This document shows, piece by piece, positions 1 to 10,108 of a DNA stretch of 64,000 nt. The notes below the pieces were generated by a model. That model made no database searches. It saw nothing but the letters and a program-made list of their open reading frames with translations, and had not been told where the DNA came from. The first letter of the stretch is position 1. Each line of letters opens with the position of its first letter. Both the position numbers and the translations under genes were made by a program. This DNA is from an uncultured Gemmatimonadales bacterium (GTDB lineage Bacteria; Gemmatimonadota; Gemmatimonadetes; Gemmatimonadales; Gemmatimonadaceae): NCBI GenBank assembly GCA_963793305.1, contig CAWBZV010000003.1:544001-608000 (forward strand), written 5' to 3'.

Positions 1-1141
1 GGAGACATTAAGATCGTTGGAGAAATCGTGCCGGATCGTGACCATCGTCCGCACATGCTCTTCGTTGTATTGCGCCGTGGGGAGGTTGAGGTTCGTATAC
101 GGTGAGAACGTGGGGTCGATCGACGACAGCAGGTGCGTTCCTTCGACCAGTGGGAGACCGGTCGGCGTGCCGCCGCGGTTGAGCGCGTAGTTCGCCTCGA
201 GCGTGAGGTGCGTTGCAGGATCGAGGGGTGTGGTGAACTTGCCGAACAGCGACGAGGCGTGCTTGTGGTACGGCCGCACGTCCTGGAAGCTCTGGTGCTC
301 GTCGCCCATGAACGACAGCAGGTACCCAGCCTTGCTGCCGGTGGCGATCGGGCCGGTGGCGGTGAAGGCGCCCCGTACGAGTCCCCATTGACCGGTCTGG
401 AGGTCGGCCGTGAAGTGGTTCTCGGGTGTCGGATCCTGCGTAAAAATGCTGACGACACCGGAGATCGCCGTGCGTCCGTAGAGTGCGGAGTTCGGGCCCT
501 TGACGACCTCGACGTGGTCGATGTTGTCGATTGGTGTCGTCAAGATCTGGGCGCTGTTGCGGGCGTCGGTCTGGGGAACGCCGTCGAGCAGAATCAACGT
601 GCCTTCGTTCTCGTCCCCGAACCGCGGAACGCCTCGCAACTGGATCGAGTTGAAGTTCTCGCCGAACGATCCCATGGAGACGCCGGGAACCGTCTTGATC
701 GCTTCCGTGAAGTTCGTCGCCTCCGTCTGGAGGATCATGCTATCGGTCAGCACATTGACGGCGGCAGGAACGTTCTCGCACTTCGGTCGCGGTGCGGGAT
801 GCGGTCACGACGACGCCGGTGAGGGCGGTGGGTACCGGGGTCATGAGGATCTCGACCGCAGTTGCCTGGCCCGCTTGGACCGTGACGCGGCGCTCGAACG
901 GGATCTGTCCGAGCGCGACGACGCTGAGCGTGTAGTCACCGGCCGGAACGTCCGCCAGCGTGAACGTGCCGGCGTCGGAGGTTCGCGCGGTGGCGCCGGT
1001 CTCTCTCAACGACACCGTCGCTCGGGCGATCGGTGTGCCCGCTTCCTTGCGGGCGACGCGGCCTCGGATACTGCCGCTCGGCTGGGCGATCAGCCAGCAG
1101 GGGGTGAGTAGAACGAGTGCGGACAGACGAAGGCGTCGCAT
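1..1141 (-). CDS. TonB-dependent receptor with N-terminal carboxypeptidase-regulatory-like domain; 5' part only, runs off the window; one-base frameshift at ~773
   Basis: Signal peptide MRRLRLSALVLL, GSIRGRV...GDYTLSV domain, TonB-box-like VVVTASR. Removing one base continues VRDVPAAVNV...IDHVEVVKGPNSALYG (plug motif) to the window edge. Confidence 0.85.
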
Positions 1142-1234
1142 GCTCGATCTCCGGTGTGAGCAGTCGGTGGTTTGACGGGGTGCATCCATCGACAACGACT
1201 CAACCGGTCACAACCCTTCATTGTGCACGCCCGC

Positions 1235-1265
1235 TTGTGTAGCATAGTCTAGGGGACTATGCTAC
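1235..1265 (+). promoter_or_regulatory. sigma70-like promoter overlapped by a CsoR/RcnR-type operator
   Basis: TTGTGT(1235-1240)-N17-TATGCT(1258-1263). Perfect 11-bp inverted repeat GTAGCATAGTC-TAGGG-GACTATGCTAC (1239-1265) with a central G-tract, just upstream of a CsoR-family gene. Confidence 0.75.
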
Positions 1266-1271
1266 TCGGGT

Positions 1272-1548
1272 ATGTCTCATGTGTTTCGCAATCGCAAGAA
1301 GCTGGGGCTGCGCGTGGCTCGCATCCGTGGACAGATGGATGCGGTGGCCCGGGCGCTGGAAGAGGGGCACGAGTGCGGCGAAGTGCTGCGGCTCATCGCC
1401 AGCGCGCGCGGCGCGATGAACGGGCTCATGGCGGAAGTGCTCGCCGATCATCTGCGCCACCATGCGTTTCGTGGGGTCCGTCCCGGGTCGGCTGATAACG
1501 AAGCCGCCGACGATGTGATCGAACGTCATCCGCTCGTATCTCAAATGA
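1272..1548 (+). CDS. CsoR/RcnR/FrmR-family metal-sensing repressor; apparent fusion to the ATPase comes from a +1 base at ~1522
   Basis: RVARIRGQ...C.EVL..IASARGAMNGLMAEVL.DH. Deleting one A gives DVIRSYLK*, matching the paralogue end DIIKSYLR*, with the TGA overlapping the ATPase ATG (ATGA). Confidence 0.88.
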
Positions 1549-3536
1549 AGACTGAAACGCTCGAGGACGGGACGGCCGCTCGTCTCGTCCCGCCTGCTCG
1601 ACCCGTCGATCATGACGATCATGATCACGACGATCACGGCCACGAGCACGCCGAGGGCCTCGAATGGCCCGAGCTTGCGCGCATTGCGTTCGTAGCGCTC
1701 GCGGCCGCCGCGGTCTGGTTTCGGGTGTGGGAGCCGTTGTCGAGGGTCAGCGTCATTGGACTCCTCGGTGTGTTGGTCGGCGGCTATCCGATCTTCAAGG
1801 AAGCGTGGGAGAATATCCGCGAGCGCCGGATGACGATGGAGCTGTCGATGACTATCGCGCTCGTCGCGGCGCTCGTCATCGGCCAGTTCTTCACGGCGCT
1901 CGTTATCACCATCTTCGTGTTGATCGCGGAAGTGCTCGAAGGGCTTACCGTCGGACGTGGACGGAAGGCGATCCATGATCTGCTCGATTTTCTGCCACAG
2001 ACCGCGACGGTGCGCCGCACGGGAGGTCCGCGAGAGATCCCCGCGAGCGAGCTCCGCGTTGGCGATATCGTCCTCGTTGCGCCTGGCGCGCGTATCCCGG
2101 TCGACGGGCGAGTCCTGAGCGGCCATTCGTACGTCGATCAGGCGACGATTACCGGCGAGTCCGTGCCGGTCGAGAAGTCTGCCGGTGAGGCGGTCTACGC
2201 CGGGACGGTCAACCAGTCGGGTGCGCTGGACGTATCGGCCGAACGGCTGGGGCGGGACACGAGTTTTGGGAAGATCGTCGAGGCGGTCGAGCGTGCGGAG
2301 CGATCCAGGGCGCCGGTGCAGAAGACCGCGGATCGCTACGCTGGCTATCTCGTGTACTTCGCGTTGGCGTGCGCCGTGGTGACGTTCGTCGTCACGCGCA
2401 ACGTCACGTCGACGATCTCGGTGATCATTGTGGCGGGCGCCTGTGGGATAGCGGCCGGCACTCCGCTCGCGATCCTGGGCGCGATCGGTCGCGCGGCCCG
2501 TGCCGGGGCGATCATTAAAGGTGGGCGCTACCTCGAGGCGTTGTGGAGCGTAGATACCGTGGCCTTCGACAAGACTGGTACGGTTACGGTCGGCGTTCCG
2601 GAGGTGCGCAGAATTCGGCCCGAGGGCGTGGCGGAGCGAGAGGTGCTGGAAGCGGCGGCAATCGCCGAGCGACGGTCTGAGCATCCGTTGGGGAGGGCGA
2701 TCGTTGCCCGTGCCGATGCGGCGGGGGTCCCGGCGGTCGAGCCAGCGACCTTTGAGTACACGCCTGGGCGCGGCGTCGATGCGACGACGGGTAGCGGGGG
2801 CCACATCTTGGCCGGGACCGCGGCATTTCTCGCCGAACATGGAGTCAGCGTACCGCCGACGGCCCATGTATCGAACCGGAATGGTCGGAGCGCGGTGTCA
2901 TCGGTACTCGTAGCGCGCGATGGGCGGATGCTCGGTTCGATCGACGTCGCCGATGCCGTGCGGCCCGAGGCGGCCGGAGCGGTGCGGGCACTGCGGGGGA
3001 TGGGGCTCCGAACCGTGCTGCTTACGGGCGACGTCCGAGCGGTCGCCGACGCTGTGGGCGAAGAACTGCATGTCGACGAGATCGGTGCTGAACTGCTGCC
3101 GGTCGACAAAGCCGCAACGGTCCGCGGGCTGGTCGAGAAGGGCAAGCGAGTGGCGATGGTAGGCGACGGCGTGAATGACGCACCGGCACTGACTGAGGCG
3201 ACGGTTGGCGTTGCCATGGGGTCGGGGACCGACGTCGCGCGTGAGAGCGCTGACGTTGTGCTGCTCGGATCAGATCTGCGTTCGTTCGTCGAGACGGTGC
3301 GCATTGCGCGACGCTGTCAGGCGATCATTCGCTTCAACTTCATCGGAACACTATCCGTGGATGCCCTGGGCGTCGCCCTGGCCGCGTTCGGCTATCTGAA
3401 CCCTCTCATCGCCGCATTCATCCACGTTGCGTCCGAGCTCACGTTCATCCTGAATTCTGCTCGGCTATTGCCCGGGGTATCACGCGAGGGCTCGAAGCTC
3501 GTGGATGGACGGGCTGCTGGGCTACGAGAGGGCTGA
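1545..3536 (+). CDS. Heavy-metal-translocating P1B-type ATPase with His/Asp-rich N-terminus
   Basis: TGES, DKTGT, SEHPLG and GDGVNDAP motifs; DHDDHDHDDHGHEH tract; membrane motif GACGIAAGTP in place of CPx. Confidence 0.93.
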   Translation: MKTETLEDGTAARLVPPARPVDHDDHDHDDHGHEHAEGLEWPELARIAFVALAAAAVWFRVWEPLSRVSVIGLLGVLVGGYPIFKEAWENIRERRMTMELSMTIALVAALVIGQFFTALVITIFVLIAEVLEGLTVGRGRKAIHDLLDFLPQTATVRRTGGPREIPASELRVGDIVLVAPGARIPVDGRVLSGHSYVDQATITGESVPVEKSAGEAVYAGTVNQSGALDVSAERLGRDTSFGKIVEAVERAERSRAPVQKTADRYAGYLVYFALACAVVTFVVTRNVTSTISVIIVAGACGIAAGTPLAILGAIGRAARAGAIIKGGRYLEALWSVDTVAFDKTGTVTVGVPEVRRIRPEGVAEREVLEAAAIAERRSEHPLGRAIVARADAAGVPAVEPATFEYTPGRGVDATTGSGGHILAGTAAFLAEHGVSVPPTAHVSNRNGRSAVSSVLVARDGRMLGSIDVADAVRPEAAGAVRALRGMGLRTVLLTGDVRAVADAVGEELHVDEIGAELLPVDKAATVRGLVEKGKRVAMVGDGVNDAPALTEATVGVAMGSGTDVARESADVVLLGSDLRSFVETVRIARRCQAIIRFNFIGTLSVDALGVALAAFGYLNPLIAAFIHVASELTFILNSARLLPGVSREGSKLVDGRAAGLREG

Positions 3537-3682
3537 CGGTGTCACCTAAGTGATGAGCGCGCATCGCGCACCCCGGTGAGCGGTCCACGCTGGCCGCCCG
3601 TGTCCGCCAGTGTTCTTCTAGTGCGGATCGCGATTGGATTCTAGTCGTGTCATGAATCTGCTGCCTCAATCGCTCAATACGG

Positions 3683-4117
3683 ATGATGCGGAGTGTGCTC
3701 AAGCATTGGGCGCCGGTCGTCGTACTGATCGGCCTTGCCAATAGCGCTTTTTTCTGGTGGGCGCGGATAGATGACAAAATCTGGAAGGTCCGTCACACGA
3801 TCGGTGTGGTGATCATGGTGCCATCCTTCTTGCTGTGGGCCCTCGCTCGGCATCAGCTCGGCGCGTCGTTCGCCGTGCGACCCCAGGCCAGAGCGCTCGT
3901 GACACGCGGTCTCTATTCCAAGATCCGGAATCCGATCTACGTATTCGGCGAACTGCTCAATGTTGGCCTGTTCGTGTTCTTCGGAATGCCGTGGCTCTTC
4001 GTGGTTCTTCCTATCACGATCGCTGTACAAGTGCTCCGGGCCCGGATAGAAGCGCGCGTGCTGGACGCGGCGTTCGGCGACGCCTATCGCGCGTACCGGG
4101 CACGCACCTGGTTCTAA
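3683..4117 (+). CDS. Isoprenylcysteine carboxyl methyltransferase (ICMT/PEMT)-family membrane protein
   Basis: LVTRGLYSKIRNPIY and EARVL...FGDAYRAYRART motifs. Confidence 0.8.
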   Translation: MMRSVLKHWAPVVVLIGLANSAFFWWARIDDKIWKVRHTIGVVIMVPSFLLWALARHQLGASFAVRPQARALVTRGLYSKIRNPIYVFGELLNVGLFVFFGMPWLFVVLPITIAVQVLRARIEARVLDAAFGDAYRAYRARTWF

Positions 4118-4150
4118 TCGTCCGTGGCGCACCCTGACTCTTGAACCCCC

Positions 4151-4714
4151 ATGACCCCGAATTCGGATCGCGTCAAAATCGTCGTCGCGACGCTACTCGG
4201 AGCATCCCTCGTGGTAGCGCTCGTGGGCCTCGTCGGCATTGCCGAAGGCATCCTGCCGGCCAACGCGGATGCGAAGCCGGGAGCACTGGAGAAGTGGGCG
4301 GCGAAGACGTCTCTCAATGCCACGATGGCGCGCGCCACGCGCACACTACATGGCCCCGTCGCCCCTACCGATTCGATGCTCACGGCTGGCGTGCGGCTAT
4401 ACCATACGAATTGCGCCGTCTGTCACGGTGCCTCTGACGGCAAACCCTCGGCGGTCGCGCAGGGCCTGTACCAGAAGCCGCCACAATTCGCCAAGGACGA
4501 TGTCACTGACGATCCGGTCGAGGTGACGTACTGGAAGATCACGCACGGCATTCGGTTCACTGGAATGCCTTCGTTCAGCAGCACGTTGTCGTCCGACCAG
4601 CGCTGGGCGGTCGCGTCCTTCTTGCGATATCAGGATTCGCTGCCGCCCAGTGCGGCAGCGGCGTGGAAGGCGCTCCCCAGCGCGGCTGACAGCGCTACGA
4701 TGACGCAACGCTAG
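4151..4714 (+). CDS. Membrane-anchored monoheme cytochrome c
   Basis: N-terminal TM helix, CAVCH heme motif, distal GIRFTGMPSF Met ligand. Confidence 0.88.
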   Translation: MTPNSDRVKIVVATLLGASLVVALVGLVGIAEGILPANADAKPGALEKWAAKTSLNATMARATRTLHGPVAPTDSMLTAGVRLYHTNCAVCHGASDGKPSAVAQGLYQKPPQFAKDDVTDDPVEVTYWKITHGIRFTGMPSFSSTLSSDQRWAVASFLRYQDSLPPSAAAAWKALPSAADSATMTQR

Positions 4715-4790
4715 TCCGCACGACCTGGCATCTCTTCGTTACTGGGGGAGCGTGTCATAAATCCGCCGCGTCAACCGCTCAATACAGGCG

Positions 4791-5123
4791 ATGCGGCGAT
4801 CTGCGACACAAGCGCGGGCCACCCGAGGCGGGGCGCTAGGCGATGTCCAGCGCCGGCGGATGGCGATCCTGATCGAGTTGCGTGCTGGCCGTCCGCCAAA
4901 GGCGATCGCCAAACGCTTCGGTCTCGACATCCACACCGTGTACAATGTCCGCGCGTACGGCCTGCTGCCCCGGTCCTGGACGTTCTGGCGCATAGGCGCC
5001 ACCGTGTACTGCGACGACGGCAGCGGTGAGCTCGTGCGGTGGAAAACAGCCGATGCGCGCACGGTACGCGTGGGCCGTCGTCGCCTTCAGACGAACGCGG
5101 CTGTCCGTTCAGCGGCTCGATGA
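4791..5123 (+). CDS. Small hypothetical protein with possible helix-turn-helix
   Basis: GRPPKAIAKRFGLDIHTVYNVR resembles an HTH; the ORF fills the gap between convergent genes. Confidence 0.4.
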   Translation: MRRSATQARATRGGALGDVQRRRMAILIELRAGRPPKAIAKRFGLDIHTVYNVRAYGLLPRSWTFWRIGATVYCDDGSGELVRWKTADARTVRVGRRRLQTNAAVRSAAR

Positions 5124-5915
5124 CCCCTCGGCTGACATCGAGATACGGTACGATCCATCGGCCTCCACGACTCCACTCGTGTGTACAATGTCGCCACGAC
5201 GGACAAACACCGCGCGGCCACCGATGCGAATGGATACGTCAGGAAGATCCGCTGGCGTCGGCAACTCGATGTCATACGTCACGCCGGTTGTGTGCGTGTC
5301 GACGACAATCGTGCCGTGCCCAACTGTATAGGTCGAGCCATCCGCGTTTGCCGTGACCGCGACGCGCGTGCCTGCGGCGGGGCGAATGCGTAGCACGCCG
5401 CCCAGCTGGGCGGTGCGGAAGATGAGATCGACACGCCCGTCAGGGACGATCGCGACGCCTCGCGGAGCGACCGGCCCACTGGCGACTGACGGCGCTGTCG
5501 GCAGCACGACCCGAGCAGGTACGGGCTGAGCGGCGTGGCTCGCGCTGACCATGCGGGCGACGAATTGCCGCACGGGTGGAAGGGCTGCCGCAGCCGCAGC
5601 CGCGCTGAGGCATAGGATAATCGCGCCACGCCGAAGCGCTGACCGGGTTGCCGTCTCGGACGGCCTGATGCCGCGTGCCAATCCACGCGCGTCGCGAGCG
5701 CCGGCCTGGCGCTGAATCGACGCGAAGTCGAGGGGCGGAGTCGCGTGGTCGAGGAGGTTAAGCACAGCGGCAACCTCGAGATCGGCGGCCTGCGCCTGGC
5801 GAATCGCGCTCTGGCAATCAGCGCAGGTTCCCACATGCTCATCGGCGGCGACTCCCTTCGCTGCAGCATTCGTCGGATCGAGGGCCGCGCCGAGGTCCGC
5901 GTCGGTCAGATGCAT
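5109..5915 (-). CDS. Zinc-finger (ZAS/zf-HC2) transmembrane anti-sigma factor
   Basis: H...HVGTCADC (HxxxCxxC), central TM segment, overlaps the ECF sigma stop. Confidence 0.8.
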   Translation of the reverse strand: MHLTDADLGAALDPTNAAAKGVAADEHVGTCADCQSAIRQAQAADLEVAAVLNLLDHATPPLDFASIQRQAGARDARGLARGIRPSETATRSALRRGAIILCLSAAAAAAALPPVRQFVARMVSASHAAQPVPARVVLPTAPSVASGPVAPRGVAIVPDGRVDLIFRTAQLGGVLRIRPAAGTRVAVTANADGSTYTVGHGTIVVDTHTTGVTYDIELPTPADLPDVSIRIGGRAVFVRRGDIVHTSGVVEADGSYRISMSAEGSSSR

Positions 5916-6439
5916 GGCACAACTCCTGTCGGTGACTCGGCACCGATGGCCTGACGGAAGACTCGCGTTGCGCGTACCAGCAGAGTGCCCACGCTTCCCT
6001 CAGCGACGTTGACCGCGCGGGCCAGCTCGCGGTAGCTATAGCCCTCGTGGCGGAGGAGCAGCAACATGCGATCGCGTTGGGGCAACGCGTCGAGTGCGGC
6101 CCGGACCCGAGATCGCGCTTCGTGCGCCATCACGCTGGCGTCGGTGGCCTGTGGCTCGTTCACCTGTGCCGCATCGGCGGCATACTGCGCCACCAGCTCT
6201 GCGCGCCGGCGGGCCTGCCGTTGGTGATCGCGAACAAGATTGGTCGACACGGTCGCCAACCAGGCACGCGGATCATCGGGCAAGGCGCCTCTCCGGTGGA
6301 GCCGCGCGAACGTATCCTGCGTCACGTCCTTGGCCAACTCCGGGTCGCCGGTCAAGCGATCGAGGTAGCGGAATAGCGATGCGAACTGCGCGTGATACAG
6401 CGCCGCTACGGCATCCGAGAACGGGTCAGCGTCGGGCAT
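5906..6439 (-). CDS. ECF sigma-70 factor
   Basis: Region 2 (AKDVTQDTF, AWLATVSTNL) and region 4 (GYSYRELARAVNVAEGSVGTLL). Confidence 0.92.
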   Translation of the reverse strand: MPDADPFSDAVAALYHAQFASLFRYLDRLTGDPELAKDVTQDTFARLHRRGALPDDPRAWLATVSTNLVRDHQRQARRRAELVAQYAADAAQVNEPQATDASVMAHEARSRVRAALDALPQRDRMLLLLRHEGYSYRELARAVNVAEGSVGTLLVRATRVFRQAIGAESPTGVVPCI

Positions 6440-6445
6440 CTATGA

Positions 6446-6476
6446 AAGGAACGGCCGAGCGGTCACCGCTGTGACA
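6446..6476 (-). promoter_or_regulatory. Putative ECF (autoregulatory) promoter TGTCACA-N15-CCGTTCCTT
   Basis: Ends 6 nt before the sigma ATG; the same bipartite motif recurs at 8801-8830. Confidence 0.65.
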
Positions 6477-6490
6477 GGCGCGAGGAACGG

Positions 6491-8806
6491 TCAGTACCCC
6501 CAGCTCAGTCCCATGAGCACCGTCCGGGGCATGAGCGTCACTTGGCCCGCCAGGTTCTTATGATTGAAGATGTTGGCGAGGGTGACGAACGTAGAGAGCC
6601 GGCCCCGGGCCGGCCCTGTCTGCCACTGGTGAGCGAGTTGGAGATCGGCGCGCAAGTACGGTGGGAGCCGTGCCGCGTTGGCCCACGACGTCGTGAGATC
6701 GTGGTCGACCGCGCCCGGTCCGGTGATGAGATCATCATCACCGTCATGTCCGAGCGCCGTTCCGTCGACCCCCCCCGAGCGCTGCCCAAATCCTGCCCAG
6801 CCTGCGAGACGGACTTGGGTGAGGCGATCCACCGAAATGCCCAGGGCGGCCGATCCCGTCTGGCCAAGCTCCGACGTCGCGTGATAGCTCACGCCGCCGG
6901 CCGATTCGATCGTGCGCCCCGCGCCATAACCGGCTTGCCAGGAGAGGCGGCCATGCGTGCCGTTGAGCTGCGCGGCGAGTCCGTCGACGTGCGCCGACGC
7001 CCGCGCAAAGCTCGTGGCGGCGAACAGCGAGCGTTGCATGGGGTCGGGGACGGCCAGCCCGGAGAGCGCCCGGACGTAGCCATCGAATGAGAGGCGGGCT
7101 CCGGTGCCGAGCTGGGCGACGATGCCTGCGGTCCCCACGTCGCTCTGCGCGAGCGGCACGCCCCCGGTACCGGCGACGACAGGTAAGTCGACGCCGATCT
7201 CGGCCCCGAGTGGTGACTCTGCGTTGCGCAACGATTGCACCACTTGATGCGTGCGGGCGTATCCGACGGTCCCTATGAGCCCTGACAGCAGACGCAGCTC
7301 ACCATCGACTCTCGGCTCGAGGCGAGTCGTCAGTCCGAGTATTGCCAGACCGCGCACGCCGGTCGTGATGCGCCACGTGCTGTCGGCCGAACCCCAATGG
7401 CGCTCGGCGAACGTCGATACGATCGCCGGAGTTCCTACGAGGGCGAGCGGCGACCGGTTCAAGTCGGTCGTCAGTCCTGGGGAACCCGTCGTGGGGACCG
7501 CGGCATCCAACACCCGGTAACTGTCATTGAGTACTTCGAGCGACGCGCCCACGCGCACTGACGCCCAAGTCAACTGCGTGGTGAGCTCCGCCTGGCTCAC
7601 GCCGTCATCGAGACTGTGTCGCGTGCTGTCAGCCGCCGCGGGAACGGTCGTGCTGAACCGGGCGGCCGACACATGGGATTCCAGCTGGACCTGAGCGCCG
7701 AGGTGCTGGGTCCACACGAGACCAAGCGTGCCGGTGCCCCACGATATGTCGCTCGACGAGTGCGCATCAGACGAGGGACTGTCTGCGTAAGGCGAGGCGC
7801 GATCGCCGCTCGCGACGACGATGACTCGCACGGTCGTGGCACCGGTCGCTAGCTCGGTCGTTGCGACACCGTCGTTCCAGTGGTCGCGCAACGGTCCCGC
7901 ATCGTTCGCCAGCAGATCGTCGTTGCTGTGGCGAACCGCGATCCGGAACCCTCCCGTGGCATCGCCCAGCGCGAGCACATGGGCCCACGTTGCTCGTGTC
8001 GCGGCGGGACCGACAGACGCCGCGCCCGTCGAGCCGAGCACAGGCGGTGCGCGTGTCTCGACATCCAGGACGCCACCCAGTCGGTCGCCAAGGTTCGCGG
8101 GGATTGCGCCATCGTGGACGGTGACGCTGCCAACGGCATCAGGGGTGATGGCGCTCAGGGTTCCACTGCCGTGCACCGGACTCCACACCGGGAGGCCGTC
8201 GAGTCGGACCAAGAGTTGGTCTGATGTACCTCCGCGGTCCATCAGTGAGCCCGGCCAGTCGGGGCGTAGGGCGAGATGCGGATCCGCACTGAGCGTGCGC
8301 ATAATGTCCGGCTCTCCGGTCGACGCGAGCGAGAGTCCGGGGTCGCCGTGCCACGACCACGTATCGCTGTTCTCCCATCCGCCGCCGATCGGCGCCGGGT
8401 GCGCGGCGGTCGGCGATCCGCGCACGCGGACCGAGTCGAGCACGACCATCTGCGGTGATAACGCGATATCGACACGGAGCACGCCACCCGCGGGCACAGT
8501 CACCAGGACGGACATCGTGTCGTACCCGCCGCGCGTGACGCGCATCATGACGGTGCCAGGCGAGACACCGGTGAGTCGATAGCTACCCGCACTGTCCGAG
8601 TACACGGCGGTGTCCAATTGGGGCAGGTCCACGCGCGCGCCAGGGATCGCCGTCCCCAAAGCGCTGCTCCGCACGGCGCCGGCAATTATCGCGTCCCGCG
8701 TCGTCGTGTCACGAGTCATTGGGGATTGGGCCGCAACGGAGAGGGACACGCCGGATGCCGTTGCCAGCACGACGACTCGCAGGCAGCGCGAACTGGCGGC
8801 TGTCAC
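6491..8806 (-). CDS. TonB-dependent receptor-like protein with carboxypeptidase-regulatory-like domain (start uncertain)
   Basis: Signal-like segment, AIPGARVDLP...GSYRLTGV domain, plug-like LLVRLDGLPV, barrel C-terminus ANIFNHKN...PRTVLMGLSWGY. Confidence 0.78.
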   Translation of the reverse strand: MTAASSRCLRVVVLATASGVSLSVAAQSPMTRDTTTRDAIIAGAVRSSALGTAIPGARVDLPQLDTAVYSDSAGSYRLTGVSPGTVMMRVTRGGYDTMSVLVTVPAGGVLRVDIALSPQMVVLDSVRVRGSPTAAHPAPIGGGWENSDTWSWHGDPGLSLASTGEPDIMRTLSADPHLALRPDWPGSLMDRGGTSDQLLVRLDGLPVWSPVHGSGTLSAITPDAVGSVTVHDGAIPANLGDRLGGVLDVETRAPPVLGSTGAASVGPAATRATWAHVLALGDATGGFRIAVRHSNDDLLANDAGPLRDHWNDGVATTELATGATTVRVIVVASGDRASPYADSPSSDAHSSSDISWGTGTLGLVWTQHLGAQVQLESHVSAARFSTTVPAAADSTRHSLDDGVSQAELTTQLTWASVRVGASLEVLNDSYRVLDAAVPTTGSPGLTTDLNRSPLALVGTPAIVSTFAERHWGSADSTWRITTGVRGLAILGLTTRLEPRVDGELRLLSGLIGTVGYARTHQVVQSLRNAESPLGAEIGVDLPVVAGTGGVPLAQSDVGTAGIVAQLGTGARLSFDGYVRALSGLAVPDPMQRSLFAATSFARASAHVDGLAAQLNGTHGRLSWQAGYGAGRTIESAGGVSYHATSELGQTGSAALGISVDRLTQVRLAGWAGFGQRSGGVDGTALGHDGDDDLITGPGAVDHDLTTSWANAARLPPYLRADLQLAHQWQTGPARGRLSTFVTLANIFNHKNLAGQVTLMPRTVLMGLSWGY

Positions 8807-8830
8807 AAACCGGCCGCCCGACCGTTCCTT
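8801..8830 (+). promoter_or_regulatory. Putative ECF promoter TGTCACA-N14-CCGTTCCTT
   Basis: Same -35/-10 elements as the site before the sigma gene, and the same 6-nt distance to the ATG (8837). Confidence 0.65.
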
Positions 8831-8836
8831 CGAGGA

Positions 8837-9589
8837 ATGATCCACGCTGCGCTCATTGTCTCGGTCGTCGCCAGTAATGTTCGGGTGGCACAGCGCCCCC
8901 TGGATGCTGCCATGCTCCAGGTGTCGACCGCAACTGCCGCGGATACGGTTCTCCCGTCGTCGATCGTCGTGGACCCGGATACCGAGCCCAACGGAACCGG
9001 CGTTCCGCCGGAGGGTACGGCGTCGACGGCCGGCCCTCGTGCCTCGCCATCGGGATTCAGGCGCGACGCACATGGGCCGTCGATGGCTGACACAATCCCG
9101 CCTCGATCGAAACGACCGCGAGCCATTGAGTATAGCGATTGGTACTACCGGCGCCTGACCATGCACCGCATTGCCAGCTACGCCGAACTCCCGCTGTTCG
9201 CCGGCGAGTACGTCCTGGGCGAGCGCTTGCTGCACTACACGCAATACGAGCGTGCGCCGTCCGGTCTCAAGACTGCACACGTCCTGGTCGCTGGCGGGCT
9301 GGGGACGCTGTTCGCGTTCAACACCGTGACGGGTGGTTGGAATCTGTGGGAGTCACGCAAGGACCCCGCCGGTCGCACCCGACGCATACTGCACACGGTG
9401 CTGATGCTCGCGGCCGACGGGGGTTTTTTCGCGACGGCGGCGGCAGCCAACGGTGGCGGCGAGCACCACGATCAACTGGGCAACCAGCCGTTCAGGCCGC
9501 CGAACAACCAGCTGCACCAGAGGCTGGCCGAAGTGTCGATGGGCATCGGGTTGGCGGGCACCGTCATGATGTGGGCGTGGAGGAACTGA
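8837..9589 (+). CDS. Hypothetical membrane protein, 4 TM helices each led by a His (possible b-type heme protein)
   Basis: LTMHRIASY, KTAHVLVAG, RILHTVLML and QLHQRLAEV precede hydrophobic helices; low-complexity N-terminus. Confidence 0.65.
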   Translation: MIHAALIVSVVASNVRVAQRPLDAAMLQVSTATAADTVLPSSIVVDPDTEPNGTGVPPEGTASTAGPRASPSGFRRDAHGPSMADTIPPRSKRPRAIEYSDWYYRRLTMHRIASYAELPLFAGEYVLGERLLHYTQYERAPSGLKTAHVLVAGGLGTLFAFNTVTGGWNLWESRKDPAGRTRRILHTVLMLAADGGFFATAAAANGGGEHHDQLGNQPFRPPNNQLHQRLAEVSMGIGLAGTVMMWAWRN

Positions 9590-10099
9590 GTGCATAGTGC
9601 CATTCAGGCCCTCGCACATATTTTCGCACCGTGGCAGTCGTTGTATAGCAACTCCAAGGTCGTTTCGGATGTTGTCACCTACACGCACCTCGCAGGATTG
9701 TTGTTTGGCGGCGGGTTCGCCGTGGCCGCTGATCGCGCCGCGCTGCGGTTGAGTCGCGGAGCTCCGGAGAACCGGCGTCAGTTGTTGGACCATCTCGCGG
9801 CGGTCCACCGTCCGGTTCTGTTCGGCCTTGGGGTCATGGTGGTGAGCGGCTTCCTGCTGTTCACGGCGGACGTCGAGACGTTCGCTGCGTCGCCCGTGTT
9901 CTGGACCAAGGCGACGCTGGTGGCGCTGCTCATCGGCAATGGCTACCGGTTGATGCGAACCGAGCGCGCGCTCCGGACAAGCTACCACCCCCAAAACGGC
10001 GACCGTCTGTGGCGTCGATTGCGGGGTACAGCCATTGCTAGCATGGCGCTGTGGGCGGCGGTGGTACTCGCCGGCACGGTGCTGAACAGTATCAGTTGA
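9590..10099 (+). CDS. Hypothetical 4-TM membrane protein
   Basis: Four hydrophobic segments (YTHLAGLLFGGG, VVSGFLLF, FWTKATLVALL, SMALWAAV); abuts the previous stop. Confidence 0.7.
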   Translation: MHSAIQALAHIFAPWQSLYSNSKVVSDVVTYTHLAGLLFGGGFAVAADRAALRLSRGAPENRRQLLDHLAAVHRPVLFGLGVMVVSGFLLFTADVETFAASPVFWTKATLVALLIGNGYRLMRTERALRTSYHPQNGDRLWRRLRGTAIASMALWAAVVLAGTVLNSIS

Positions 10100-10108
10100 G
10101 GAGATGAG

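Noticed and set aside
1272..3536. 754-aa CsoR-P1B-ATPase fusion in the ORF track
   Set aside because: One extra A at ~1522 explains it. Correction gives the family-typical end DVIRSYLK* with an ATGA overlap onto the ATPase start.
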